From: Lingula anatina
Taxonomy: Eukaryota > Animalia > Brachiopoda
Assembly (NCBI GenBank): GCA_051362555.1
Contig: CM120646.1
Location: forward strand, 20,336,001-20,400,000
Length of the DNA stretch: 64,000 nt
Direction: 5' to 3'
The position numbers and the translations under genes are program-made. Under the pieces are notes generated by a model that ran no database searches, was not told the origin of the DNA, and saw only the letters and a program-made list of their open reading frames with translations. Numbering within the stretch: the first letter of the stretch is position 1; each line of letters begins with the position of its first letter. Shown piece after piece: positions 41,401 to 55,900 of this stretch.

Positions 41401-44197
41401 ACCCCTATAGGTTGGCTGGTATACTCTTCGTGATCTGTGTGGAATAAACCTAAGATCGGCCTAGAAATATCTGCTCTCAAATGCTTCATTATCTAACTAC
41501 TATTACTTGCAATTTTTGAAATATGTCCTATAAAGCAAGACATATAAAGAGCAGGGTAAGTACGATGTGAGTCAACTTGGCGTTTCATGGGCACATTTCG
41601 CTAAATAAGCCTTATAAGTATTAGATGCATTTGACAGATGTACTTTTTGGGCCATAAATTCAGAGAAAACGTAATACAGTTTGCTCCAGATTGGACTGGT
41701 ATTACATTGGTGACTAGAATTATTACCGTAATGTGCAAAAAAGGGAGAGGAAACCGCACTTAGTTTGCGAAACTGTTGAAACGTTTCATGGCCTACGGTT
41801 GGTTAAATACGCGATCGTCTGGTTTAGTCCACTGTACAAAAAGCCGCCATATAGCACGGAACCCTTTATCTTATTGCACAGAACTTGGTAGCTTTTGCAG
41901 TGAGTACCGGACATATGATTTATCCCCGTAAGAATCCATTCTAACTTCAGTTATCTCACGGAACTTAACCAGTGTGACAGGAATGCTAGTCCCAGAAAAG
42001 GAATTCCAAGGTCCCATTTATTTAGTACATGCTAGCCAGGGTTAGCTGGAGTATCGGGTCGGTATATGGGTCTAATGTCATATGTACAAAATAATGGGGA
42101 GCAAACCACGGTTCCTAGCGTGCACACAAGCTTTGCGGCTAGCAAAACTTTAAGAATAGATTTCATGAAATGTTCAAATATCTACATATTTTACCAATAT
42201 ATTGTTCTATTACCCATTTCAAATATATGATCTACACTATTGATAAAAAAACTGCACTCATTCAAAAAGGAATTAATAAGAGAGATCGCATTTATGTGAC
42301 CAGAGTCTGATTACAACACCCCAGCTCTCCGCCATGGTTTCTCTTCTGCGTACATGGAGATTCCCACACTGTGTTTCAGATTGCCTCGTTAACTTCTGTC
42401 TATCGCCCTGGGATGGGACTCTATTCCCCAATCACTCAACCTCTTCACTATTAAGCGCTTGATTTCTATTTAGATAGGACGCAACTAGGAAAAAACACGC
42501 ACTTGTTTATAATCGATATATTCAGGGACGTAGTGGATTAATTAAACAGTTTAAGGCGGAAGAGAGGAGTTAGTCAAAATTGCAACGAAATCAACGTCAA
42601 CGCGGGTTAAGTGAGCGAGCAGATGAAATACGTCGGTGATGCAGTGTCGTAGTTGCTTGCCTGGATTACTAGTGGCAATAAAAACCGAAACTAGCTGGTT
42701 CCACCATGTTCTTCATTAAAACACTCAGCATAATGCGAGCGATGTTTGCGCGTGATATGTATGCAAATGACATGCAGCTCACCAAACAAGGTGAAATTAT
42801 ACTTTTGTCATCTGTAATAGTTTTCCAGCTATGAATAAAGGAGATCCCTAATCACAGATCCAGGGGAAATTCCCCACAGCGGTTTGGTGACACGGACACT
42901 AATGCAACGTGGGAGTCACTTCGGGTGATTTTTCGCCCTCAGGAAGGAAATAAATTGAAATGTAATCTGGGCGCTGTGCTGCATGGTTTACGTAGGTGTG
43001 ATGTAACTACAGCAGCTCAGTAAATGGTTCACTCTGATTTTTACACTCTGACTGACAGACGTTCAACAATCGATAACTCAGTTTGACCCACTCTGAGCCC
43101 CAGTGTATCGCATGCCTGTCCGATTGCTCTAGCTAGCTCAACAATCGCAATCAGACTCAGTTGCGGTAGAGGAATCGCACCAAAGAGCTGTTACTTTTGA
43201 TGGCCTTTTACAGGGAGATGTTAAATAAGCTCGCATATAGAGATATATGAGTAAAATAGCCTATACGAGTTCGAAATTCTTTGTTTCTTTCAAACAACTT
43301 GAGAGAGATTGCCACATGTGAACTCGTGCCTGCGCATAACATACACGCATCTAGAGATTTTCCAAGCTTGCGTATCGCTTTGAAAAGGAACAAAAAATCG
43401 ATCTGTCTTAAATCTATACCTGAGAAAGCACACGCCTATAAGCATATTTGTTTCATGGTTATCAAACGCCATGCTTTATTCTAGATAAGATGCTATTCAA
43501 AACACACTGATGACGCACAAGTTTGCGCTTATGTAGACCTGTTTAACACATTCATACATAGTTGAATAAAGCATGGTGCTGGCCTGACCCAGATACGGGC
43601 TGTGTGATGAAAGTACCGATAAACTTACACAATGTGTACATTTTTAGTACAAAGAAATAAATCAAATCCATTTCCGCTATCTTATTTACGTTTTGAAGTT
43701 CATGAAAAGTAAATGAAGCAGTGACATTAACGTGACTTTCTGACCGAGTGCGAACAGTGTAAAACTCAACATAAATTACATGGTGTCCCAGGATACATGT
43801 AACCCAAGAACGTAGACGCCATTTATTTTCTGTTGACTAGTACTTCTAAAGACGCGCTTAAATTCTACGGGCGAAGTTGTCGATGACTTTGATGCACTCT
43901 TCTGTTGGTATAGCTGTTATTTTTGTGTGACTGCTGTCCTGGGGTGGCGTGGGGGATGTTCCTGTAGACTCGTTCCTTCAGATGTCCCTTAAGATAAAAA
44001 ATCTGGAGGTTCAGGTCACGGCTTAGATAAAAACACAGGCACAAAATGTAATGTAGTGTTCTTTACATAACAGTTACACCGCCATTAATTTAATGTTGTT
44101 TTGAATTTACAAGTGATTCATTTATAAAGAATATGGACAGTGTCGAGGGCAAAGTCTCAAAGGAAAAATGCCACTTTGATTATCTACTCAGTGGCAT

Positions 44198-44199
<2 letters not shown>

Positions 44200-44239
<40 letters not shown>
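44200..44239. repeat. (CT)n microsatellite
   Basis: Directly visible. Confidence 0.95.
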
Positions 44240-44242
<3 letters not shown>

Positions 44243-44833
44243 CTCGGTATGGGATACCTTGGTTTCCAATTTCATTTTTGTTTTTTGACCACCATTTATT
44301 AGAGCTATGCCATCAATCACTCCTGATCTCAGTGTTAATAAGAGTGACAATCATGTCGATTGTCTTAGGGGCATCGGTTCATTTCGCGAGGGGGTTTATA
44401 TAACAGATAAATGACGAGCTGCTCCCAAATAACAAAGAACGATTAGTTTTTCAACTCAACGCCTGCAAGTAGCTGGCTTGTGTTTGTGTGACGTGAACTT
44501 CTGTGTAGAGAAAAGCAGACAACAATCAGTAAACATGTTATCCAATCGGAAAGCTTATTATCAACGGACACTTTTGTCTTGCAGAGCTTCATACTGTGTA
44601 ATTCTGGGTGATCTTTGTGCGGTTCCAAATTGAGTCAGGCAAACAGTTGGTGAGAAATGATGGGTAGATATCTACTATGATCAGAAGGTATAACAGAATA
44701 GAACTTGATTGTCAGTACATATATAAGCGTATCAGAAAGAAAAAACAATATTAATATCACAATAATATCAAAGATTTCTCTGTGACCGGTCGATAAGCGG
44801 TGTAACAACCATTGACACCTGCGCCAACAGAAT

Positions 44834-44894
44834 TAACGAACGCTTGATATGTCCACATTGGACATATCAAGCGTTCGTTATGTCCACATTGGAC
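44834..44894. repeat. Perfect 22-bp-stem hairpin followed by a duplicated loop segment
   Basis: TAACGAACGCTTGATATGTCCA-CAT-TGGACATATCAAGCGTTCGTTA, then TGTCCACATTGGAC again. Confidence 0.9.
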
Positions 44895-47042
44895 TATAGG
44901 CAAAAATGGTCAATCAAAAACATAACCCATAGGGTGTACACTTGGCACGATCACTTAAAACCAGTATAATGGGTTTAAATAGTGTATCTTTGTCTATCTG
45001 TGGTGTCGTTGTCTTATTTTTGAAGTGTCGACGTTGCTGTTTCCATATTTGGCATGTCTCATGCGTGTCGACAGTGAATTCTCAAGTTATCTCAATATTT
45101 CTGCCGATTTAAGTTCCATTAGACTGCAGTTTTGTGTGATATTCGTACACATGACGTTAATTTAAAACATCTAAAAAACCTTTCCTGTAAGCACCTGCAT
45201 CAACAAAAACAACTGCATTTTATCTTAACAAGGAACAGTGCATTACCAGAAATCAAATTTATTTGTCAAATCACCCATTTCTTTTTTCTTTTCTTTTTTT
45301 TTTTTTTTTGCCGATGATAGTGCCACGGTCTCAGACTGTCGTTGTACACGTAATCAGACCGCAGCGAGAAAAAAAAAAAGCTTGATAACAGTTCCAAATC
45401 AACTGTGTCGCTTGTTGTCGACATGTTTCATGTTAATCGTACGGTATGGTGAAAACCAAGCGATCAAATTACAATAAGCAGAGCTGAATTATGAATAAAG
45501 AGAGAAATGTTTCTGTATACATTATCTGTTGTGCTCAGCCTCCTTCGATCTCCGTCATAAATCTTGTTATTCTGTGTTTAAAGCATTGTAAAATCCCATA
45601 GAGCAGAAAGAACATCGTATCGTTATTTTTAAGCTAAGCAGTATTTATTAAATATGGCATAAAAATAGTCTGAATACAAAGGCCTGGAAACTGAGAGTTT
45701 AAGCCACGCCGGGAAAACCTACTCTACAACAAAAAAGTACTCTAACATGGCTCCGGACGCTGCCATGGGTCAGTTTGATCGCTTTAAGAATCAAATGAAT
45801 ACATATGGAACGGATAATATACGAAGCAGAGATAAAAACGTGTGAACAATTAATCTATGATTATTTTATTAACTAGAAAACTATGAGCAAATGACATCCA
45901 GTAATTCTGAATGCGACAAAATTGACAAACAAGCAGGTGGGCAATGGGTCTTTAATAATACTACAAATGTAGTGCTAAAGAAGGCGGTAAGTTGTACATT
46001 TCTTTAAAAAGGTGAGGGTAGTACCTGAGGCAATACAATTTGAATGGTGGGAAAACTTAGCATGCAGCAGGGTAAGATATGACTGTTTATGGTACATCCA
46101 GCTCGCCTCTCCTGACTACGGGTACTTCAAATACCGGCATAATCATGTTACCCAAAGCAGCACATAAATATTCCATTTCCTTTCTCATTCATTATTCTGA
46201 TCATAATCAACGTATCACTTAATCAATGTCTCTTTTCTTTTTCAATGCGTTAACCTTTATCCCTTCACATATCTAGTATCTGTTTTTATGCATTTTTGTA
46301 TCTAGAAATCATTTGTTTCTGTATTCAATCACAATCAATTAACCCATCAATAGATCTTTGCATTCATTCCTTAATCTATTCATTTATCTATTATGATTAA
46401 TATATTTAAAAAAGCGTTTACTATAAATTAAACATGAAGGCAGTAATAGAATTACAATAACAAAATTAAACATGGGGCACATAATCTTTATTGAAAAAAG
46501 AGAGAATTTATACAAAGCAGTATACTATTTATATACCATTATTTAATTAAAAATATGCTTAAATGTGTTTAGACATATTTGTTATAATTTAGGGAACGCT
46601 TAGCTAGCGTGGAATATGTGAAACAAAGCAATGCAAGCTGTACGTAAACGGTAGATATATACAGGGGTATTCTAATTTTCTTTATTTTTTAATGTCTCGG
46701 CTATATATGTTTTGATACAGCCGTATAATATTATTCCGTTTCCGTCTCTAGAAAGCACCGTGCCTGTAAATGTATTATTTAAAGAACGTGACTGCCACAT
46801 AATAATAAATGGCCAGTCCTGTGACCGAAAAATTTCCCATACAAAACAAAAGAGTGTCTCCTGTGTGTAATGAAATCTACATTGTACATTAACGCCTATC
46901 TATTTGTCGTGCTTTTGAACGCGTTCCACATGTAGTTGCTGTTATATTCATTTTTTTCCACCTGTTATTTCCCATAAATGTGGCTTGGGTCAAAGCAGAA
47001 ATAACCCAGGGCGCAGATGGCGCTGCAGTCGCAACCAGACCT

Positions 47043-47090
<48 letters not shown>

Positions 47091-50000
47091 CGGCAGACGA
47101 CACGTTGACCCCACCACCACGGTTCAGAGTTTATTGATAATTACTAACAATTGCTGTAGTCAAGATAAATAAGAATCACCATTTATTCAAACAAAAGCTA
47201 AAACGCAAAGTACCCATCCCAATATTTCACGCAGGATATTTGCTTAATATTTAATAACCGTCTCTAAACAGTTAGTCTACAACTGATTAAACCACTTACA
47301 CACAACGATAAGGATAGCGACACGGCTGTCCAAAATTTGGGTCACAAGGGTCCCTTATGTTAACGCAGGTGGTTGTACTATTGACTGGTAACGAAAAAAA
47401 TGCAACATTAGGATGACAGTAGAACTTACTGTTAGACACGGGTACATGTATTTCAAAATGAAATATCTAACCGAAAAAATAACATTTGATAGTGAAATAC
47501 AGTTTTAAACAGACCGAATGCGATATAATGCATTCTCCAGATTTTCAAGATAGAGAGGGTTTATTTTGTAAATATACTTTTTTAAGACCGTACTAATAAG
47601 TGTCTTCACGCAACGGAAGCCACGGAAAGGGAATTTTCACGGTTCAACATTGCACCTTATAAATAATTTATCAAAACACTGTATCGATGTGCAGTGTACA
47701 TATAGGATAGAAATAACAAATTTAACATAGGCTTAATAATGTAATGAACAATCCTTACCGAGACTGAAATTGACACAAGCTGTACATGGACGTCCCACTT
47801 GCAATTGTCCTTGGACGGCGGTTAGTGAGAGAAAACTGGCCACGACAAATATCAACCCTATGACGCCCATTATAGAGCAGAGATGTTATTTTTACAGCTA
47901 ATTATATCTTTATCTATTTGTCAGTGCCCTAACTCTCTGAGGCAATGTGGGGCGCTGTCAAATGATAGCTAGAATAATAGCCCACGTCAAAATAGCTGCT
48001 ATTTATACAAGTATCTGTACACCCTCTTGTCTTTGACACTCACATGAATATTGCTGAACATTTGGCATTCAGGTGACAGCATTTCAAATAGGAATTACTT
48101 CCTTTTAAGGATTTCCGTACTTGACACTGCCACCTTTGATTTGAAAACTTGTTTAATTTGTTACCACTGATAAATTCACGGTTGACACAAACTGCACCTT
48201 CAACCTTTTGTAATGTTAATGCCGTTGACGTCGTTTACAAAAATAACCTATGAACTGTGCCTATGAAAATATATGAAGATAAAAATTTCTATAATTAGAA
48301 AAGCAAAAGAAAATTGCTGCTTAATATGGTATAATGCATTAAAAGATATAAAACAGTCGTTTTTTTTTTTTTTTGTTTGTTTATTGAATAAGATATTTTG
48401 TGCTTGATTTTTCTTAAGTTCTGTCAAATTATAATTTGTTGTACAACAGTGGGAACGGGTCACATTTTGCGTGACAGTTAATATTTATTTCTTTCTCAAC
48501 AGCAAGTATCTTAGAAAAGTTAAAATCACCTTAAGCAGATTCTCTCACGCTTTCTATTCTCTCATAATGTCATGCAGTGTTGACAACACTGCTCTCGAAA
48601 TATTTCAATAACAAATGCACTCCATTGTGGAGAAACTGCACGATATTTCCTTTTGTACCTCTAGTTAGTTTAAGGGGGAAGCGAATGCGTCACTTGTGGC
48701 TTAGATTGAACTTACCAGTAGAGGGCACTTTTGCAGCTTGCAAGATGCTCTGTCTATTTACTGCAGTAGAGAAGCGAGAAAATCGAGTGTAATAAGTGGT
48801 AATGTTACCTTTCTTATCTTTACAGATACGAAATGCATGTAAAAGAGTACATATTTATAAATAAATGATCCTTTCTGTGATGATTTAATCGACTGTCCAT
48901 TTGATAAGGCATGAATTTAGCAGAATCCCAACACATTATTCAATAGGGTTTCCCGTCATCTGTTCGCCTTTTCGCCAGCCCGCTGGGTCGTGTTGGATCT
49001 GGTATGTTAATCACATTCAACAACTGTCGATCGCTTGTCTCTGGAAGCCGATGCACGTCAACTGAATCCCCAGGAAAATGCAGCTTGCGTCAACAGCTTA
49101 TCTAACAGGAGGCATGTCCATGCATCAGGGGCTTCTACATGTGACAATTAGGGGTCGGTCCGGACTAGCTTGAACTGTATTTCGTATATGTGAGGTTTCT
49201 TTAAAACGTGTGCTACGTGCTGTAAGATCGAATGCCTGGTTTACTAGATTTGAAAGACAAGTTGAGGAAAAATGCAACAGTTTTGTTATAGATCTCCGTC
49301 TGTTCATAACTAGAGGCATGTACATTTTTACTCTACAGATGTATCTCTTAAATTGTTAACAGCGTGAATGTTCGAAGAAGTCATTGCAACTAATATACTG
49401 CACACCTATGACAGCATACATTAAAATATGTCATATATTAATTATTGACTCATGGTGTTTCTGTCTTACACTATTCTTCAAATATAATTAACAAATTGCA
49501 TTGTTTTATATCTAATGCTAAAGCTATAAAGCCAGTTTTGTTACTTTGTTGTCCTTTATGTTCTGATCATTATAATCTTTTCAATTTTTTTTTCAGTCTG
49601 AGAAATTCCCAAGTATTTTTACAGAGTATGATGTAACACTGCGCCCCAGCTCTCCTAAAACTAAACCATCTTCTCTTGATCATGATATAGATTAAGTAGT
49701 TGCATTGTACATGTAGTTTATTTGCGACAACTGACAGACAAAAGTTCAATATTCCTGTGATAACCATACGCTGACAGTTTCTGCTGTGGTGTTAGTTGAA
49801 GGTTCCGCTCCGCGATCATACTGTCATATTTCAATGTATATTATAAGTCTTTCAAATCAAACATTGCTTTGATGAAATTAATTAATCCATTAATCTTGGT
49901 AAGACTGACAGACCCCATACTGAACTCTATTTACCTACTGGCCCACTAGCATAGTAACAACTGTTGCCGTCCACACATATGGCGGAGCAACCACAACCAT

Positions 50001-52936
50001 CCCTGAAGAGAGACATGAAAACGATACTATATGATAACCATATATAACAGTAAGGACAGGAAGGACTATACTACATTATACATGATAAGTTAAAGTCGCC
50101 TTCACTTGACTGTCCATGTATTAAAGGAATGCTAATTTGTGTTTAAGTAATAATTGATAGTTTTTATTACATTAATTAACCATATATGTCACTATTGTCC
50201 ACTCTTGTATTACAAGTACTTGTGGATACATCTGGATCAATTCATTTGGGTTGGCGAAGACAATTTGATTACTAGTAGTATATCAGCTAGTATTTTCACG
50301 ACTTCTCAGGTTTTTTGCACAACAAGGTATCAACGGTATTTTATTTCAGATGTCACTGTTGGTAGAAAACTGTAGATCACAGGGAAGATGTAAACAATAT
50401 ATACTCCCATTCTTTTATTTTTTAATTTTGACAGTTGCATGCATCAGCTGCAAGTTCTGAATCAAAGCAACTCTTCTCATGTAAAAGTGTAGAAAGATTT
50501 TTGTGCTATATTGATACCGAATATGACAAAATCGTATTTCATTTTTTTTTTGTCTTTTTTTCCATTTCCATAATGTTTTTATACTAAAAGCCCTACTTCA
50601 GTTAAAGAAGTCACTTATGTTCACTGTGCCGGATGGTGTACATTTTCTGATAACACATGCATTAATTTTAGCAAGTATTACTTTTAAAACAGCCCTTATG
50701 TGTAAATGTAGATAATAATTTGCATTTCAGCTGAAATTAGACTAATGACAAGGTTATAAAATGGTTGGGAAGTACATGTCACGGTAACTATAAATGCTTT
50801 GGAATAACACGTTTAATTGCTGAATAAAGACTTCAGCCGCACACATGCTGTGACTTGATACTGCAGGAGATTCATTTCAATAGATTTTTTTTTTTGTCTT
50901 TTGTTTGTGAGATGAATGAGTAACTACGATGTGCAGAGTCTCAATAGTATTTTATCGTATCTAGTTGCTTAATTAGAATTTATTCTTTTTTTTTTTTTTT
51001 TTGCTCACCTGCAAGTTGAACCAGAACGGCATCTTTCCCCTGCAGCAAAGCACGGACTCACGAAGTTTCTGCAACTACTGACGTCATTTACTGAAAAATA
51101 TGTTTTATTGACTATTTTAATTTGATAATTCATTTGATCATAACATAAACTTCCAATATGTAAATTCGCATGGTTAAGCTATGCAGTTCAAGCGTATCCC
51201 ACGTACCGTTACAAAATATGTAATTCTTAATATACGGCCTAGCCATGGTAAAGAATAAGATAATGTTTTCAGCTATTAGGAAGGTTCATATCAGCAGATG
51301 CACCGTGTAGGCTTTAAAATCGGATACAACTGCTCTCGTTAAACTGTTAAATTTATTGAACACAATACAATGCAACTTATAAGAATAAATCTCAGTAGGC
51401 TACAATGTGCTGTGTTCACATAATTACTACCGTTTATTAAAAAGAACACTGAAATGACGCTAAGATGTAAACCTTGACCGAAGGTCCAAACTTACCCAGC
51501 TGCCCAGCACGACAAGCGGTGCACGGACTTCCAGACTGCCCGAATACCTGTCCGAGTGTGAGAATCCCAAGCAAAAGCGCCACTGAGAGGCGTTTAAAGT
51601 TCCCCATTCTTTCGCCAGTGTTTTGATTGAATTGATAATGGCTATCTCTCCCTCAAATTTTCTTATATACCTGTGCAAATCTTGCGTGATACACAAAAGG
51701 ACAACGAGCGTTTCCGCATGCCGTCACGTCTGGCAAAACTGATTTGTGTTTATGTTTTTTTAAATAATGTTTTTCTTTTTCCTGTTAACGGAAATACAAC
51801 ACAAGCTTGGTACAGAATAATGATACATGGTGTGTTTAATGGTCAGGAGCACGACAGGACGGTTTCAGTTGTGTTTATCTTTACACATACACACGTGTTT
51901 ACTATGCTGCGCAGGCCAATTTCTGCAGCTGAGGGTGTAATCTAGACAAGAAGTGGCCAAAACACAACAACTTTAACCGTTTTGTTACATGTACGTGATC
52001 GCCATTTTTTGTGACAATTAAACAAAATTTCAAGAGTTTATGTTTGAAACATTATGGAACTGGAGAATAAATCGCCACCCTGCAGTATATACATGTACAA
52101 TGTCAGCCCCCCCCCCACCAAAAAAAAATAATAATAATAAATTTCCCCTTGAATTAAAGTAAAAGATAACATTCCTCAAGAAGTAAATCACTGAGAAAAC
52201 GGAATATTAGTATTTCAGGAAATCAATAGATTATAAAAACACATTTCATAATACTTCTATATCATTACATTGCTGGTGCGCCTTATATACAGGGCCGGAA
52301 GAATTAATTATGTACACAAGCTGAAATGAACCATAAATTATTTCGATGAGCAAAATAGTACAGAATATGAGATAATAACCAAGGTCACAGATCCTTACAC
52401 AATTGGGTCAGAGCCATCAGATGTGTTGCGCGTGTTGCTCACCGAGACGAAATATTTCAAATATTTCATTGTAACATACTGTACGTACCAACATACACTG
52501 GCAAAAATATACATAATTGTTTATATGTAAGTCCATGACAGAGGGTTTAAATACGTAAAATTAATCTTCAGTACAATAACTTAACTCCACTAAAATGGAA
52601 ACGAAAACGTAACTGTACCATAGTTTGGCATCATTAAGCGAAAACATTTTATTACAAACTTACACAATATTCCAAGTAGTAATGGGAAAAAATTTGCAGT
52701 AAATTCAAATTCAATTTCCAGCGGTCTTGTATTGGAATTTGCTAAAAAGCCAACGCTAGTGTGGATTCATGTATGGCTTCCTGAAGCGTGCTGCTCTTAT
52801 TTGCACGTATTGTATATAGGTAAAATGTCACTTGACGCATTTTCCCAATCTCTACAAAAAGCAGCTGCTTGCAGTTATGTTAAAGAAATATCTACCCTTC
52901 AACGGTGATAACCATTGCCAGTTGAAAAGTACAGCA

Positions 52937-55900
52937 ATGACGAAGTTTGGCGCCGGCTGGTGGTTCCATTCTGTTCTGGCTGCAATGCTGGTCATTGGTG
53001 GCCGGTCAGCTACAGGTTGGTCACTGTTAAGATGTACACGTATAAGAACTTACCATAATATTTCATGTAGAAAATGATTTAAGGATTTAGGGCTTGACGT
53101 AGATAAATGAAACACACGACTGAGTTCCTAGGGTAAAAATAACTGTAACGACTCGACTTACTCACAATGAATGATATATCTGTAAACCGCGGTTCCTTTC
53201 TTTCTTATTTAACATTTTCCGTTTCGAAAAGACGAGTTGACAATTGCTGTTGAAAATGTATAACTTTACCACAAGATAAAGATACCCAATAGTAACCATT
53301 GTGATATAACATTATCAACTGCAGTCGGCATTTTCAATAGCTTGCAGAATAGGGTCACTCCAGTGACTAACTGTAGTTTACTTGGACTCGGAAAAGTTTG
53401 AACATTTTATTACGGTGGCAGACGGTGACTTTAATATTTTGAGTATCGATTGAGCATGCATTTCGAAGGGGTAATTATAGAGCTTGTGGCCAGGCAAAAT
53501 GATACTTTCATCATTTTTGTACAAACGGCGTTCTATATGCAATTGATTCTTGTTGAACAGATCATGAGATTGTGTATTTCGGGGTGGCCAGGGTGCTGGA
53601 ATATATTGGCTATTCACCTGGTGTCCTTAAGCCACCGGTTATTTCTCCTATTTCAGTATAACCCGGGATTTGGATCGACAATAGCTTTAAATTGCTTCAT
53701 TCTTTTACACTGCAGCGTTGCCATCTTCATCTACTGGATTTATATTACCGTCAGTGTATCCGCAGTGTCCAAAGTTAGGGGTGTAATGTTTTTTTGTTTT
53801 CATTTGAAGTTAGTTGCCATGGATAATTGAAATAAAGAGGTATTCCGTCAGCGCAATTAGTCAGGTCTGGACTAGGATATTCGGGATAAGTCTATTACTT
53901 ATCGGAATTTCCCTATAGTGAAACTAATAAGTCTGTATTTTTGTGCAATAAACTCGATTGCTTATTAATTAGTAAATGAAGCCTTTTTCAGCACTTTGCC
54001 TTTTTTTTTATTCCCGTGGTAGTAGTACCAGTAATACTTAAGTGATTTTGATACTTGAGTTACTTAAGTAATCCTTCAGTAATAATTATATACAGGTTGT
54101 GCTGTTCTCAGGATTTTGTGTCCCTCTTCCCTACAACAGATACAAACCATTAAAAGTGGGTAAACCTGTCAATAATTCATATTATTATTATTATCCCAGT
54201 TTCGTCTACATGAAGGTACCAGTATACTGGGTGCCTTTGACCATGTACCCGCACTAGTACATGTACATGTAGCAGTAACAGTCCACTATTCTTTGAGTCA
54301 TATGAACATCTTCACATATTCTAGATTTTACTTCAAGCACCACGTCCCGAAAAACGAAAAGAAATGCCCTTCTTGGTATTGCCGTAAATAATTTCATAGA
54401 ATCGGACGATCTCATAGCACAAAAATTAACCTTCAAGCATTATACATTCTGCATGCATAAACACCGGTATATTTCATAATGCCCTTTGCGGCATGTTGGG
54501 TGCAAGTTGAGTCCAAAATCGGACCAAATGGATTGATTGTTGTCCGGCAGATGCTCACGTACGATTTGGTATTTAGACGTACAGTATTCTCCTTGATCTT
54601 TGCGGTGTTTGGCATCCCAGACACCGGCAATTACGCTTTCAATGGCTGTCGTGTCTCTTTTTTCGTAATAACCTGGAGAATTAATCGACATTTGCGTTTT
54701 TTGCATGTTTCATTTTATTCCTCTACAGTTTTCTTTATCTTTTATTGACTTTATATTACCGCGTCACTTTTTATATAACCAGGGTAAACTGTCATATTTT
54801 TTCCTTACCTTCGCGAAGGATCTCAAGGTTGTTTTCACCTCCTATTGTCTGTATGTATGTATGTATGTGTGCATGTATATTTGTTTGTTTATTTTTTTTG
54901 TTTGGATTTGTGAGTAATCTACATGTACCTCAAACACTATAAGGCTTCCTTTTGATGAAATTTTCAGCATAGGTCAGATATGAACTAACTTTAAAGTGAT
55001 TACATTTTGATAGTCGTTTATCTATTGATTGATCTGCTAACTATTAAGCATGTTATCGACATTAATTTAAAAGTTATGGAGGGATTTTGGTAAATTTTCA
55101 GGAAAGGCTGAAAATGGGCTGTATTGGGGTGGTGAAAACGGAGTTAAATGTAATTATATAGTTACACGAAATAATTAAACTAATTAATCGTTTAATTTAT
55201 CAAATAAATAATAATGTGGAATAATGTGAAATTAACATAAAAATAATTAATGCTGTGGATATACGGCTCATTTCCTTATTTCGCAAAGTGTTGAACGTTA
55301 CGGGTTGAATACGAATGCCCTGTCGTAGACCTAACTACCTTTACACATATTGCAGTTCTTATACAATTCATTATATTTTTCTCTTCATTTGTCACATTCT
55401 TATAGTGTTTATAGTCATGCACGATCCAACAAATTAAAATTTCCAGGAATAACTATTGTCCAGGAATAAATATTGTTGCATGACAAAGGCTCACACTATG
55501 TCCACATGCGATTGGTTGTTTACAGTCTTCTCCTTGATCTTTGCGGTTTTCGGCATCCCACACATTTGCTATGGCATGTACGCTTTCAGCGGTTGTTGTG
55601 TCTTTTGTTTCGTCATAATTTTGAGATTTGATCTAAATCGTATAGTTTCAATCCTCTCCTATTCAAACTTTCTTCCAAATACGGTAGCCAAAATAATGAT
55701 AAAAACATATCCAGATATGCCTCTGAAACACCATTGCTAAAGCGATTCAAGAAATGGGGTTTAATTTGTTATTTTAGAATAATTGCCTGTGAAGACCCCT
55801 GTACAAAAATGAAATGGCACTCGTCTATCTATATTTTATAAACGCACTCCATTGCAAGTTGCTATAAATGCATGCAAAAGATGGTACATGTACTAACAGT

